DNA of 64,000 nt from a virus. Its lineage: Duplodnaviria; Caudoviricetes. A program made the position numbers and the translations under genes. The DNA is taken from the IMG/VR virus record IMGVR_UViG_3300031519_000013, positions 20,032-84,031 of that record, one strand, 5' to 3'. Shown in pieces: positions 27,019 through 36,337 of this stretch (the stretch's first letter is position 1; every line of letters begins with the position of its first letter). The notes below the pieces were generated by a model, which saw only the letters and a program-made list of their open reading frames with translations, did not search any database and had not been told where the DNA came from.

Positions 27019-27726
27019 ATGCCACATGGAGGATGTCAGGGACTATATCCAGATCCCGAAGCAGGTTGCGGTGGAGGTTCATGGCAACAGAACAGCACAT
27101 TTGGTGCTGCTGATGATAAAGAAGAGGATTGTTGTAACGATATCTCATGCCACCTGAAAAATGGTTTGTTTGAGGTAGACCTTGAAGTAGAAGGAAATAT
27201 TGAGTGTGCTGGTACAACCACGTGCCCTACATTCATTGGAGATTTGACTGGAAATGCTGTTTCGGCAAAGGCTCTTGGAGGTGCATTTGATATTCCTAAC
27301 CTGAAAAGACCAGGTTGGAGGGTTCGTCATGTCATTCCAGAGGGACCCGAAGCTGGTATCTATGTAAGAGGAAGAATCAAGGGACACAATAAGATCTACC
27401 TTCCAGAATATTGGCAGGGTCTCATTGACATAGAGTCAATTACTGTAACTTTAACTCAGATTGGAACATCTCAGGATCTTATTATTGAGAGTATTGATTG
27501 GGGTAGAGTGGTTAATCTCAAATCTGGAAATAGTTGTGAAATTGATTGCTTCTATGAAGCATGGGCAGCAAGACATCTTGACCCACTGAACCCTGATGAG
27601 AAACTGCATGTTGAGTATGAAGGCACATCTCCTGATGATTATCCTGGTGACAAGAGCAGGTTCTTGGTTGGTGGATGGGACTATGACAAACGAGATCCTG
27701 TCACAGGAGAACGAGTTCAGTCTTGA
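27019..27726 (+). CDS. Spike/tail-associated protein, paralog B
   Basis: VRHVIPEGP, IYVRGR, IYLPEYW, ITVTLTQIG; Cys-rich N-terminus. Confidence 0.65.
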   Translation: MPHGGCQGLYPDPEAGCGGGSWQQNSTFGAADDKEEDCCNDISCHLKNGLFEVDLEVEGNIECAGTTTCPTFIGDLTGNAVSAKALGGAFDIPNLKRPGWRVRHVIPEGPEAGIYVRGRIKGHNKIYLPEYWQGLIDIESITVTLTQIGTSQDLIIESIDWGRVVNLKSGNSCEIDCFYEAWAARHLDPLNPDEKLHVEYEGTSPDDYPGDKSRFLVGGWDYDKRDPVTGERVQS

Positions 27727-27777
27727 CACTGGGGTCAGTGCCTGCTAGAATACATAGGTACAGCGCGGCACTGACCC
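27723..27777 (+). promoter_or_regulatory. Sigma70 promoter bracketed by an 11-bp inverted repeat
   Basis: TTGACA 27723-27728, 17 bp, TGn-TAGAAT 27746-27751; GGGTCAGTGCC 27732-27742 / GGCACTGACCC 27767-27777. Confidence 0.8.
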
Positions 27778-27978
27778 ATGCACGAAGATGACTATCTCAG
27801 CAGAGTTGTGGTTGACACTTCATCACGCAAGTTTAATCTATACAGCGAGAGCGGTGACCAGAAGGTCATTGAATGTGATACGATCGATGAGTTCATGGGT
27901 GTTCTTGAATTTTGTCGTGAGATCCTTGATGATGACGTGCTTGCATACGCAGGTCCACTTGTAGCCAGCGATAATTGA
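27778..27978 (+). CDS. Small hypothetical protein
   Basis: 66-aa ORF directly after promoter. Confidence 0.75.
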   Translation: MHEDDYLSRVVVDTSSRKFNLYSESGDQKVIECDTIDEFMGVLEFCREILDDDVLAYAGPLVASDN

Positions 27979-27981
27979 CTA

Positions 27982-28032
27982 TTAGTTTCAAAAATAGGTG
28001 ATAAAAAATCCCGGTAGAAAATTGCCCTATTA
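27982..28032. repeat. 51-bp dispersed intergenic repeat, copy 2
   Basis: 46/51 identical to 9768-9818. Confidence 0.9.
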
Positions 28033-28088
28033 CCTTTTATGAATAGATACTCAGACAAACTTTATGCAGAAATCCTGCATTTTTACGA

Positions 28089-28286
28089 ATGGAACAGTTC
28101 ACAGTTGAAGAATTCCAACGAGATTTTGATGCACTTTTTGAAAGGGTCGAAAATGGAGAATCTTTCAAAATCCTTGCGGAAGACGGAAAAGCAGTGATTA
28201 TTTCCCCGACCCCGATCATTTATGATGCAAAAGAATCAGAGTGGGAAGATTTCTGGTATAACGAACAATCACTTTGTGACATATGA
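28089..28286 (+). CDS. Phd/YefM antitoxin-like small protein
   Basis: FTVEEFQRDFDALFERVENGESFKI...AVIISP fits the Phd pattern. Confidence 0.55.
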   Translation: MEQFTVEEFQRDFDALFERVENGESFKILAEDGKAVIISPTPIIYDAKESEWEDFWYNEQSLCDI

Positions 28287-28456
28287 GAACTGAAACTAGA
28301 CAATCGATGGAAATGTTATTTGCGGCAAAATGGAATCTTCCAAAAGCCGCAAAAAACTGTAATCTTACGGATAAGGAAATGAAAATTACATTTAACGAAT
28401 ATTGCGTTTTTCATCCTCCAACTTGGGATATAAATGAGACATCTATTCATAGTTGA
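28283..28456 (+). CDS. Small hypothetical protein (not in ORF track)
   Basis: Manual translation MRTETRQSMEMLFAAKWNLPKAAKNCNLTDKEMKITFNEYC...*; ATGA overlap. Confidence 0.7.
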   Translation: MRTETRQSMEMLFAAKWNLPKAAKNCNLTDKEMKITFNEYCVFHPPTWDINETSIHS

Positions 28457-28727
28457 CATTGATAACGGTAGGTGCGTAACTCATGATGGGCATGTCCAAC
28501 TAGGCAGCTTTAATCATACGTTAGAGAAGCATCTTGAATTATGTCCTGATCAAGATTGGCAAGTAACATACTGGATGCCTGATCCATTAGGATTAAGATA
28601 CAAGAGAGTGAACTATCAACATACTGTGAAAGCAAACGAAGGTTCTCCTAGAACTGATAATGCTTTGGATAGTCGTCCCAGAGACTTTCCTGACCAACCA
28701 ACCGAAAGACTGGAAAGAGTATTGTGA
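28434..28727 (+). CDS. Hypothetical protein
   Basis: 97-aa ORF in packed operon. Confidence 0.7.
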   Translation: MRHLFIVDIDNGRCVTHDGHVQLGSFNHTLEKHLELCPDQDWQVTYWMPDPLGLRYKRVNYQHTVKANEGSPRTDNALDSRPRDFPDQPTERLERVL

Positions 28728-28993
28728 AAAAAGTTAAGATTACTCCCGAAACTTATCAAAAGATGGAAGATGAGTTCCGAGAAGAAGGACTTGCTTTTAC
28801 TATTACCATTCCTACACAGGAAACGATTGATAAGTGGCAAAATGCTACTCCTATCCCTCAACCAGTAAGACATAACGTTGATATGGTTGCTGATATGTGG
28901 GCAGAGCACAATAGGATAGAGGAAGAACGTAAATTACAACTTGAACTTAATTTATGCCCGTGTAGTCCAATTGGCAGTAGACACGAAACTTAA
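28724..28993 (+). CDS. Hypothetical protein overlapping the tRNA 5' half
   Basis: GTG start; its TAA stop is the tRNA anticodon. Confidence 0.65.
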   Translation: MKKVKITPETYQKMEDEFREEGLAFTITIPTQETIDKWQNATPIPQPVRHNVDMVADMWAEHNRIEEERKLQLELNLCPCSPIGSRHET

Positions 28994-29030
28994 AATTTCG
29001 ACAGTATCGGTTCGAGTCCGATCACGGGTA
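28956..29030 (+). tRNA. trnL: tRNA-Leu(UAA), short variable arm, no encoded CCA
   Basis: Acceptor GCCCGTG/CACGGGT, D stem GTC/GAC, anticodon arm CGAAA-ctTAAaa-TTTCG, T arm ATCGG-TTCGAGT-CCGAT, A73. Confidence 0.9.
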
Positions 29031-29093
29031 CTTAAAAGGTCTTCTACTCGTCGAAGGCTAAATAACATATAGGAAAATTATGGTCGAAATAAA

Positions 29094-32000
29094 ATGGGTC
29101 TCAGCAGACTTCAAAACTTCTTAAAGAACGCAAAGGGTAATATTTTATATGTGAACCCTAATGATTTAGATGCTACGGATAGTATTGAAAATCAAGGTAA
29201 TTCACTTACAAGACCCTTTAAAACTATTCAAAGGGCACTGATCGAGGCAGCAAGATTCTCATATCAAACTGGTCTTGATAACGATAGGTTTGGACAAACT
29301 ACGGTTCTGATATATCCTGGCGATCATGTTATCGATAATAGACCAGGATGGATCCCCTATGATGATGGAACATCCACAGCAAAATATAGAACTAGAAATG
29401 GTGCGTCTGGTTTAATTCTCTCACCATTTAACTTAACTTCTAACTTCGACCTTACAGTATCAAATAACGACCTCTATAAGCTTAATAGTATTCATGGTGG
29501 TGTAATTATCCCAAGAGGAACCTCTTTGGTTGGTTTGGATCTGAGAAAAACTAAGATTAGACCAAAATATGTTCCTGATCCTTCTAATGCTGCTATTGAA
29601 AGAAGCACCATATTCAGAGTAACTGGTGCTTCATATTATTGGCAGTTTAGTATCTTTGATGCTGATCCCAATAGCACTGCGTATAAAGATTATACGAATA
29701 ATATCTTTGTTCCTAATTTCTCTCACCATAAACTTACCTGTTTTGAGTATGCTGATGGTGTAAACAACGTTGTCATCGACGATGGTTTCTTAGACATCGC
29801 AACAGGAACCACTGATCTTGAAATGTTCTATCAGAAAATTTCTGATGTATATGATGATGCAACTGGTAGACCTATTTCTCCTGACTATCCTGCTGGAAAC
29901 TTAGATATTCAACCTAAGATTGATGAATATCGTATTGTTGGTTCAAAGGGTGCAGAAGTTGGAATTTCATCTATCAGAGCAGGCGATGGTGTAACTGCAA
30001 CTACAACTATCACAGTACAAACGTCTTCTTCAATTAAGAGCGTTGGTATTGACGTTGATACTCCTATTAGAATTAGTGGTATCACAGCATCTGGATATAA
30101 TGGAAACTTTGTATGTGCTGGTGTTACAAGCACCACTGAATTTACATATAGTTTGTCGAATGCTCCTGCTGTTGCATTAGAAAACCCTGCAAATGCTAAT
30201 GTTAACGTTGTTGTTGACACTGTAACATCCGCATCACCATACATCTTCAATATCTCACTGAGATCAGTGTTTGGTATGTGTGGAATGCACGCTGATGGCA
30301 ACAAAGCCACTGGATTTAAATCCATGGTTGTTGCTCAGTTTACCGGTATTGGTTTACAAAAGGATAATAATGCCTTTGTAAAATACAATACTACAACTGG
30401 ATCGTATGATGATACAACTACAATTGCAAACTTATCATCTGACTCTCGTGCAGTTTATAAACCAGATTATGCAAACTTCCATATCAAGTGCTCGAACGAT
30501 TCTGTTTTACAGTTAGTTTCGATCTTTGCTATTGGTTATGCTCAACACTTCGTTGCAGAGTCTGGTGGTGACCAATCCGTTACCAACTCAAACTCTAACT
30601 TTGGTGCAAAGGCATTAATTACTAGTGGATTTAAGAAGGCAGCATTTGCCAAGGATGATGTTGGTTATATCACACATATCATTCCACCGAGAGAAATTGA
30701 AGCAGCAAACACATCTATTGAATTTGATGCAATTGATGTCCATCAAACCGCAGTTGGTGTTGGATCTACTGGTAGATTATATCTCTATAATAAAACAAAC
30801 GCAGCAAATAAACCTTTAAGTGTCATTGAAGGTTATAGAATTGGTTCTAAGGTAAATGATGATCTCAAAGCTCAATTGAGTGTTGGTGGTACTGTAACAG
30901 AGTACACAGCAAGAATTACGATGCCTATCAATGGTATCAGCACAGCTCAATTTACATCTATTAAAGAGTCATTTGTTGGCAACTCTATTGGATTCAATAG
31001 TATTACCTCCAATATTATGACTCTGAAAAACACCCATAGTTTCCTTAATGGTGAATCTATTCGTGTTATTTCTGATGATGGATCACTTCCTGACGGTCTG
31101 ATATCCAATAGAATTTACTTTGCTATTACAAAGGAAAACGCTAATGCTGGGTTTAGTGGTGAAAACCAAATCCAAGTTGCAACTTCCTTAAACTCTGCTC
31201 TTTCTGCTGATGCAATTGGTATTAACAGTTTAGGTGGTAATTTAAGAATTGAATCCAGAGTCTCTGATAAGACCTCTGGTGATATTGGTCACCCAATTCA
31301 ATATGATACCTCTGTAAGTCAGTGGTTTATTAATGTTTCTGGATCTACAACTGATAACAGCTTACATGGTCAGATTGTTGGTCTTGGAACTGCTAACCTA
31401 GGTGATGCAACACCTAGAACATTTATTACAAGAAGACAGGATGATAGAGCACTGTTAGACACAGTGTATCGTGCCAGATATGTAATTCCTGCTGCATCTG
31501 GTATTACATCTGCTAGACCACCTGTTGATGGTTATGTTCTTCAACAATCTGGTACTACTGTTACAAGTAATGAAGAAATTCAAGTATTATATTCACCAAC
31601 TACTAAAACACTCAATAATGTCAGTGAGTTAAGGAATCCTAACTTCATCTCTACTTGTACATATAGTTCTCCGTTTGCTTATGTTGATACAGAGCGATCT
31701 CATAATCTGACAGTTGGATCTAAGGTCAGTCTTATTAATGTTACTAGTAGCGATAATACTACTGGTTTAGCTGGTACTGGATTTAACAGAGACTATACTG
31801 TTGTTGGTGTTTCTAGTGCAAAACAGTTTATTGTTGGTCTAAACACAAGTCCTGGTGTATTTAATAACGCCACTAACGTTAGAGGAACTTCTCTACCAAG
31901 ATTTACGGAATTTAAGACTAACGAGACGTTGAGTCTTTATAGATCCAGAGAGGTGAGTAGATACCAAACTGGTCAGCAAGATGGTATCTATCATCTACTG

Positions 32001-35000
32001 CTATCTAAGAATTCTATTGCTCCAACATCTGCACCTTTCAGAGGTGATAGGTATAATCAGAATATTCAGTTCTTCTATCCTCAAACAAATAGAGATAATC
32101 CTATCTCTGATGCACTCCCAACCAAATCATATGCTCTGAGAAGTCCTGTTGGTGAGGTTACGGTTGATAATCCTCAGAATAGCTTAACAAAAGAAACAGA
32201 ATATAGTAGACTGACTGAATTTGGTGGTTTAGTCGGACTTGGTGTTACCGATATTCAATCTAATAGTGCTGGTACTGCGCATACAATCTTTACGAAGATT
32301 GATCATGGTCTGAATAGAATTGTATCTGTAAGTATTGCAAGTAGTGGTGGTAATTATGGTGTTGGATCTGGTATCACTGAAAGATACTACAACGCTAGCC
32401 TTGTTGGATTTGCAGGATCTACCGTAGGTAAGAACGCTACTGCTAGGGTTACAGTTGAACCAGCTGGTGGTATCAGTGACATTAAGATTATTGATGGTGG
32501 TTCTGCATATGGTGTTGGTAATACTTTAACTGTCAACAATATTCCAAAACTTGCTGGTGCTTCTGATGCTGTTCTTCAAATTCAGAGGATCTATGATTCA
32601 ACTAATGAAGTTTTAGATGTTCAGGGCATTACTTCTGAGTCATTCAAATCTCACAATACTCTGTATAGAATTTCTGGTGTTGACATTGGTCAAGACAGGA
32701 AAATCAATGTAGTATCTTCTACTACGATTGGATCTGGAAATACTATTGGTATTGGATCTGAATCGTGTGAAAATGCAATTGTTCTTAATGGTGGTTTAAG
32801 TGTTGCTGTATCTGGGTTTAGTTATGATGCTGGATCTGGTATTGGTACGTTTGCCACAGTTGATAAACATGGTCTGAGTGTAGATAATAAAATTAGAATT
32901 AGCGATGCAGCTAGTGCCTTATACAATGGTGACTTCATTGTCAAGAACATCATTGGGTTGACATCATTCACTGCTGCAATTGGTGTTGGAACAACAACTC
33001 CTGCCACAGGAACAGCAAGAGTATTGAAGCCTTCATTGACTTCTTCTGGTGGAGTCGTTACAGGTGATGATGAGAACCTTGATGGTCGTATGATGTATAA
33101 TTATGCAGGCATTACGACTACACTGTCTGCTGCTATTAATAATACAACTGCAACCAGTATTGCTATTCAGAATATAGAACAGACTGATTTTCAAATTGGT
33201 GACTTTATTCAAATCAATGAAGAGTTGATGCGTATTAAGACAACAACTTCTACTAGCAGTATTAATGGTTCATCTGGTGCTCCTACGAATCCATTGAGTG
33301 TATTCAGAGGCATTTTTGGAACAAAATCCTCTGCTCACCCTATTAATAGTGTTGTTAGAAGAGTTAAATGTTCTCCTGTTGAACTTCGTAGAAACTCTAT
33401 CATTCGTGCATCTGGTCACACATTTGAATATGTTGGATTCGGTCCTGGTAACTATTCAACTGCTCTTCCAGAAAGAAATGATAGGAGACTATCTCCAATG
33501 GAGGAGCTCCTAGCACAATCAACAAAACTTGATGGTGGTATAAACGTCTACACCGGCATGAATAACGATGGAGACTTCTTCATCGGTAACAAGAAAGTTA
33601 GTTCTGCTACTGGGCAGGAAGAGGTGTTTGATGCACCAATCCCATCTGTTACTGGTGAAGACGTTACTGATACAGGAGTCAGCGTTGGTTTTGACGTTCT
33701 AACTCCACTTGAAATCACCATCTCTCGCTCTATTAAAGTTGAGGGTGGACCTGACGGTAGTATCATTTCTGAATTTGATGGTCCTGTTATCTTTAATGAT
33801 AAGATTACCTCTACTTCTTCTAATGGATTGGAAGCAAATTCCTTGTTCCTACAAGGTTCAACTACTGTTTCTAGAAACTACTCAGTTGGTGTTACTCAAC
33901 CCACCTTGGCAGGTAACGCAGGTGACGTTGTATTCAATGCAAACCCAGTTAAGGGTGGATATATTGGATGGGTTTATACTACCGACAATGATTGGTTCAG
34001 ATTCGGTAATGTAAGTGCTTCTAAGACCGAGAACGCTGGTATATTTGATAGAATTGGTATTGGCACCACCACTGCTGGTGACGCTGAATTGTTTATTAAT
34101 ACCGGCGGTAGAGCAGTTGTAACTTTGGGTGGATCATTTGGTGTTGGCACAACGATGCCTCAATATGATCTCCACGTTGAACAGAACATCTACGCTTCTG
34201 GATTTATTACTGCTAGCACATTCCTCTATGGTGATGGTAGATATATTTCCAACCTACCAACAGACTCTAAGTGGGATGCTACTGAAACTGCATCTGGTGC
34301 AAAAGCTGGTATCTATACTGGTTCAGGATCAAATGACATCTTTGTTGGTATTGGAACCACTACTCCAACTGCACTTCTGACTGTTGGTATTGGAACAACT
34401 ACCACTAATAAAGCATTCATTGTTGAAGATTCCGGTGGAATCGAACTCGTTGGTATCACTACTACTGGTAGATTGGGTGTTGGTAACACTAATCCGCAAG
34501 GATTACTCGATGTCAATGGACAATTTATTGCTAATCAATATGCATTGTCTGGTGTTGGTACAATTACTGCTGGTATCATCACTGCAACTGATACTCTTAG
34601 AGCTGGTGTCGGTGGTACTGTATTCCATGCTTCTGGTTCAAATGTTGGTGTTGGAACAGTTACTCCAAGAGCAACGCTTGATATTGATGGTAGCACAAGA
34701 TTAAAAACTTACTTTGAACCTGTTCCAACTGTTGGACCAGTTGCTAACGTTGTTAGTATTGACCTTTCACAGGCACAAACGTTTAATGTTAACGTTACAT
34801 CTACTGTAAATTCTCTCACTATTCTCAATCCTTCTAGTGAATCATCTTCATTCACACTTAAAGTAACGCAAGATGGAACTGGTGGGTATTCTGTTGGTAT
34901 AGATACCTTTAAGAATAGTGGTGGTGGTGCCATCCCTGTCTATTGGTCGGGATCTGTGATTCCAATTGTTACTACAACTGCCGGCAAAACTGATATTTAC

Positions 35001-35066
35001 TCATTTATTACATTTGACGGTGGTTCATCATTCTACGGTGTATCAGGAGGACAGAACTTCGGATGA
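29094..35066 (+). CDS. Giant virion structural / tail fibre protein (1990 aa)
   Basis: ILYVNPND...RPFKTIQRA N-terminus, GIGTT repeats, C-terminal IDLSQAQTF...TQDGTGG...TDIYSF module; late-type CTAAATA at 29058. Confidence 0.85.
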   Translation: MGLSRLQNFLKNAKGNILYVNPNDLDATDSIENQGNSLTRPFKTIQRALIEAARFSYQTGLDNDRFGQTTVLIYPGDHVIDNRPGWIPYDDGTSTAKYRTRNGASGLILSPFNLTSNFDLTVSNNDLYKLNSIHGGVIIPRGTSLVGLDLRKTKIRPKYVPDPSNAAIERSTIFRVTGASYYWQFSIFDADPNSTAYKDYTNNIFVPNFSHHKLTCFEYADGVNNVVIDDGFLDIATGTTDLEMFYQKISDVYDDATGRPISPDYPAGNLDIQPKIDEYRIVGSKGAEVGISSIRAGDGVTATTTITVQTSSSIKSVGIDVDTPIRISGITASGYNGNFVCAGVTSTTEFTYSLSNAPAVALENPANANVNVVVDTVTSASPYIFNISLRSVFGMCGMHADGNKATGFKSMVVAQFTGIGLQKDNNAFVKYNTTTGSYDDTTTIANLSSDSRAVYKPDYANFHIKCSNDSVLQLVSIFAIGYAQHFVAESGGDQSVTNSNSNFGAKALITSGFKKAAFAKDDVGYITHIIPPREIEAANTSIEFDAIDVHQTAVGVGSTGRLYLYNKTNAANKPLSVIEGYRIGSKVNDDLKAQLSVGGTVTEYTARITMPINGISTAQFTSIKESFVGNSIGFNSITSNIMTLKNTHSFLNGESIRVISDDGSLPDGLISNRIYFAITKENANAGFSGENQIQVATSLNSALSADAIGINSLGGNLRIESRVSDKTSGDIGHPIQYDTSVSQWFINVSGSTTDNSLHGQIVGLGTANLGDATPRTFITRRQDDRALLDTVYRARYVIPAASGITSARPPVDGYVLQQSGTTVTSNEEIQVLYSPTTKTLNNVSELRNPNFISTCTYSSPFAYVDTERSHNLTVGSKVSLINVTSSDNTTGLAGTGFNRDYTVVGVSSAKQFIVGLNTSPGVFNNATNVRGTSLPRFTEFKTNETLSLYRSREVSRYQTGQQDGIYHLLLSKNSIAPTSAPFRGDRYNQNIQFFYPQTNRDNPISDALPTKSYALRSPVGEVTVDNPQNSLTKETEYSRLTEFGGLVGLGVTDIQSNSAGTAHTIFTKIDHGLNRIVSVSIASSGGNYGVGSGITERYYNASLVGFAGSTVGKNATARVTVEPAGGISDIKIIDGGSAYGVGNTLTVNNIPKLAGASDAVLQIQRIYDSTNEVLDVQGITSESFKSHNTLYRISGVDIGQDRKINVVSSTTIGSGNTIGIGSESCENAIVLNGGLSVAVSGFSYDAGSGIGTFATVDKHGLSVDNKIRISDAASALYNGDFIVKNIIGLTSFTAAIGVGTTTPATGTARVLKPSLTSSGGVVTGDDENLDGRMMYNYAGITTTLSAAINNTTATSIAIQNIEQTDFQIGDFIQINEELMRIKTTTSTSSINGSSGAPTNPLSVFRGIFGTKSSAHPINSVVRRVKCSPVELRRNSIIRASGHTFEYVGFGPGNYSTALPERNDRRLSPMEELLAQSTKLDGGINVYTGMNNDGDFFIGNKKVSSATGQEEVFDAPIPSVTGEDVTDTGVSVGFDVLTPLEITISRSIKVEGGPDGSIISEFDGPVIFNDKITSTSSNGLEANSLFLQGSTTVSRNYSVGVTQPTLAGNAGDVVFNANPVKGGYIGWVYTTDNDWFRFGNVSASKTENAGIFDRIGIGTTTAGDAELFINTGGRAVVTLGGSFGVGTTMPQYDLHVEQNIYASGFITASTFLYGDGRYISNLPTDSKWDATETASGAKAGIYTGSGSNDIFVGIGTTTPTALLTVGIGTTTTNKAFIVEDSGGIELVGITTTGRLGVGNTNPQGLLDVNGQFIANQYALSGVGTITAGIITATDTLRAGVGGTVFHASGSNVGVGTVTPRATLDIDGSTRLKTYFEPVPTVGPVANVVSIDLSQAQTFNVNVTSTVNSLTILNPSSESSSFTLKVTQDGTGGYSVGIDTFKNSGGGAIPVYWSGSVIPIVTTTAGKTDIYSFITFDGGSSFYGVSGGQNFG

Positions 35067-36337
35067 GTCCCTTAGCATTTCATCGAAAACTACAAACGAA
35101 AGTTAGGTTAAATCCTCCTACACTTAGTATCGTTACACAACCTGTATCAAGTGGATCCATTCCTAATCTTGGATCCACTTCATTCACTGGATTAGCGACA
35201 GTTACCTTCCCAACAGTTATTGGGGTAGGAACAATTGGTTATGAATGGAGAGATAATTCAGGTGTCATTGGTGTTGGCACTCAGTTAACTTTATCTAACT
35301 TAACTGCTGCAAATGATAGTGGCAGAGAAATATTTCAACGTGCAATTTATTATCCAGACGCTACAAGAACTGGTATTGAAACCTTTGAACCTGGTGCAAA
35401 TAATTCACCGTTAGATTCTAATTCAGTTACTTTAAATGTAAGATCTGTTATTACATTCTCTCAGCAACCGACTGCTGATGGTGGCGAGTCTATAACTGAT
35501 CAAACCATTGCCATCAGTCCTGCAACTCCAAATGGATCAGGAACGATTGATTTATCAACTGGTGATTTCAGCGACTTTGAACCAGGTGTTTCTTATACAT
35601 TGACTCCTAGTTCAACAATGGTAATCAGTGCGGCCTTTGCAGGTGCAGCGGGACAAGATGGTGATTCAGGTGGTATTGGTGGAAAAGGTGGAAGAACTTC
35701 TGGAAAAGTAACTTTGCAGAAAGGATTTACTTACGTTCTAATTGCGGGAACATTGGGAACTGGTTATGGAGATAAATCATCATCAGGACCTGGACCATTT
35801 GATGTCAGTGGTGGTGGATATGGTAGTGGTACAAATGGTGGACAAGGTGGTGGATTCACTGGTCTCTTTGTGACATCAGTGTTGCAATCTAATTCATTAT
35901 TGATTGCCGGTGGCGGTGGCGGAGCGGCTGGTGGAGTTAATAGAGTTGGTGGATCTGGTGGTGGATTAGTGGGTGGTGATGCTTCTAGTGCAAAGGGTGG
36001 CACACAAACCACAGGAGGTGATGGATTCTATGTTGATTATGGAGATCAATATGCATTTATGAATGGGGAAGCACTTCAAGGTGGTGATGCACAGGGATAT
36101 GAATATGAAAATCAAAGTGGAACTTGGTTATATGGCACCTCCTCCTTCGGCGGTGGCGGCGGCGGTGGTGGATACTTTGGTGGTGGTGCCGGTCGTTCTG
36201 ATAGTAATGCAGACCCTGTTTCTGATGGAGGTGGTGGAGGTTCTGGATACATTAATCCAGATCTTGTGACAGATGGATCTTTTGGGTCGAGTGATAATGC
36301 AGATGCAGGAACAGTAACTCTTTCAAAGGTAAGTTAA
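35063..36337 (+). CDS. Glycine-rich tail adhesin-like protein
   Basis: Ig-like IVTQPVS N-terminus; GGGFTGLF, IAGGGGG, GGGGGGGYFGGGAG. Confidence 0.75.
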   Translation: MSPLAFHRKLQTKVRLNPPTLSIVTQPVSSGSIPNLGSTSFTGLATVTFPTVIGVGTIGYEWRDNSGVIGVGTQLTLSNLTAANDSGREIFQRAIYYPDATRTGIETFEPGANNSPLDSNSVTLNVRSVITFSQQPTADGGESITDQTIAISPATPNGSGTIDLSTGDFSDFEPGVSYTLTPSSTMVISAAFAGAAGQDGDSGGIGGKGGRTSGKVTLQKGFTYVLIAGTLGTGYGDKSSSGPGPFDVSGGGYGSGTNGGQGGGFTGLFVTSVLQSNSLLIAGGGGGAAGGVNRVGGSGGGLVGGDASSAKGGTQTTGGDGFYVDYGDQYAFMNGEALQGGDAQGYEYENQSGTWLYGTSSFGGGGGGGGYFGGGAGRSDSNADPVSDGGGGGSGYINPDLVTDGSFGSSDNADAGTVTLSKVS

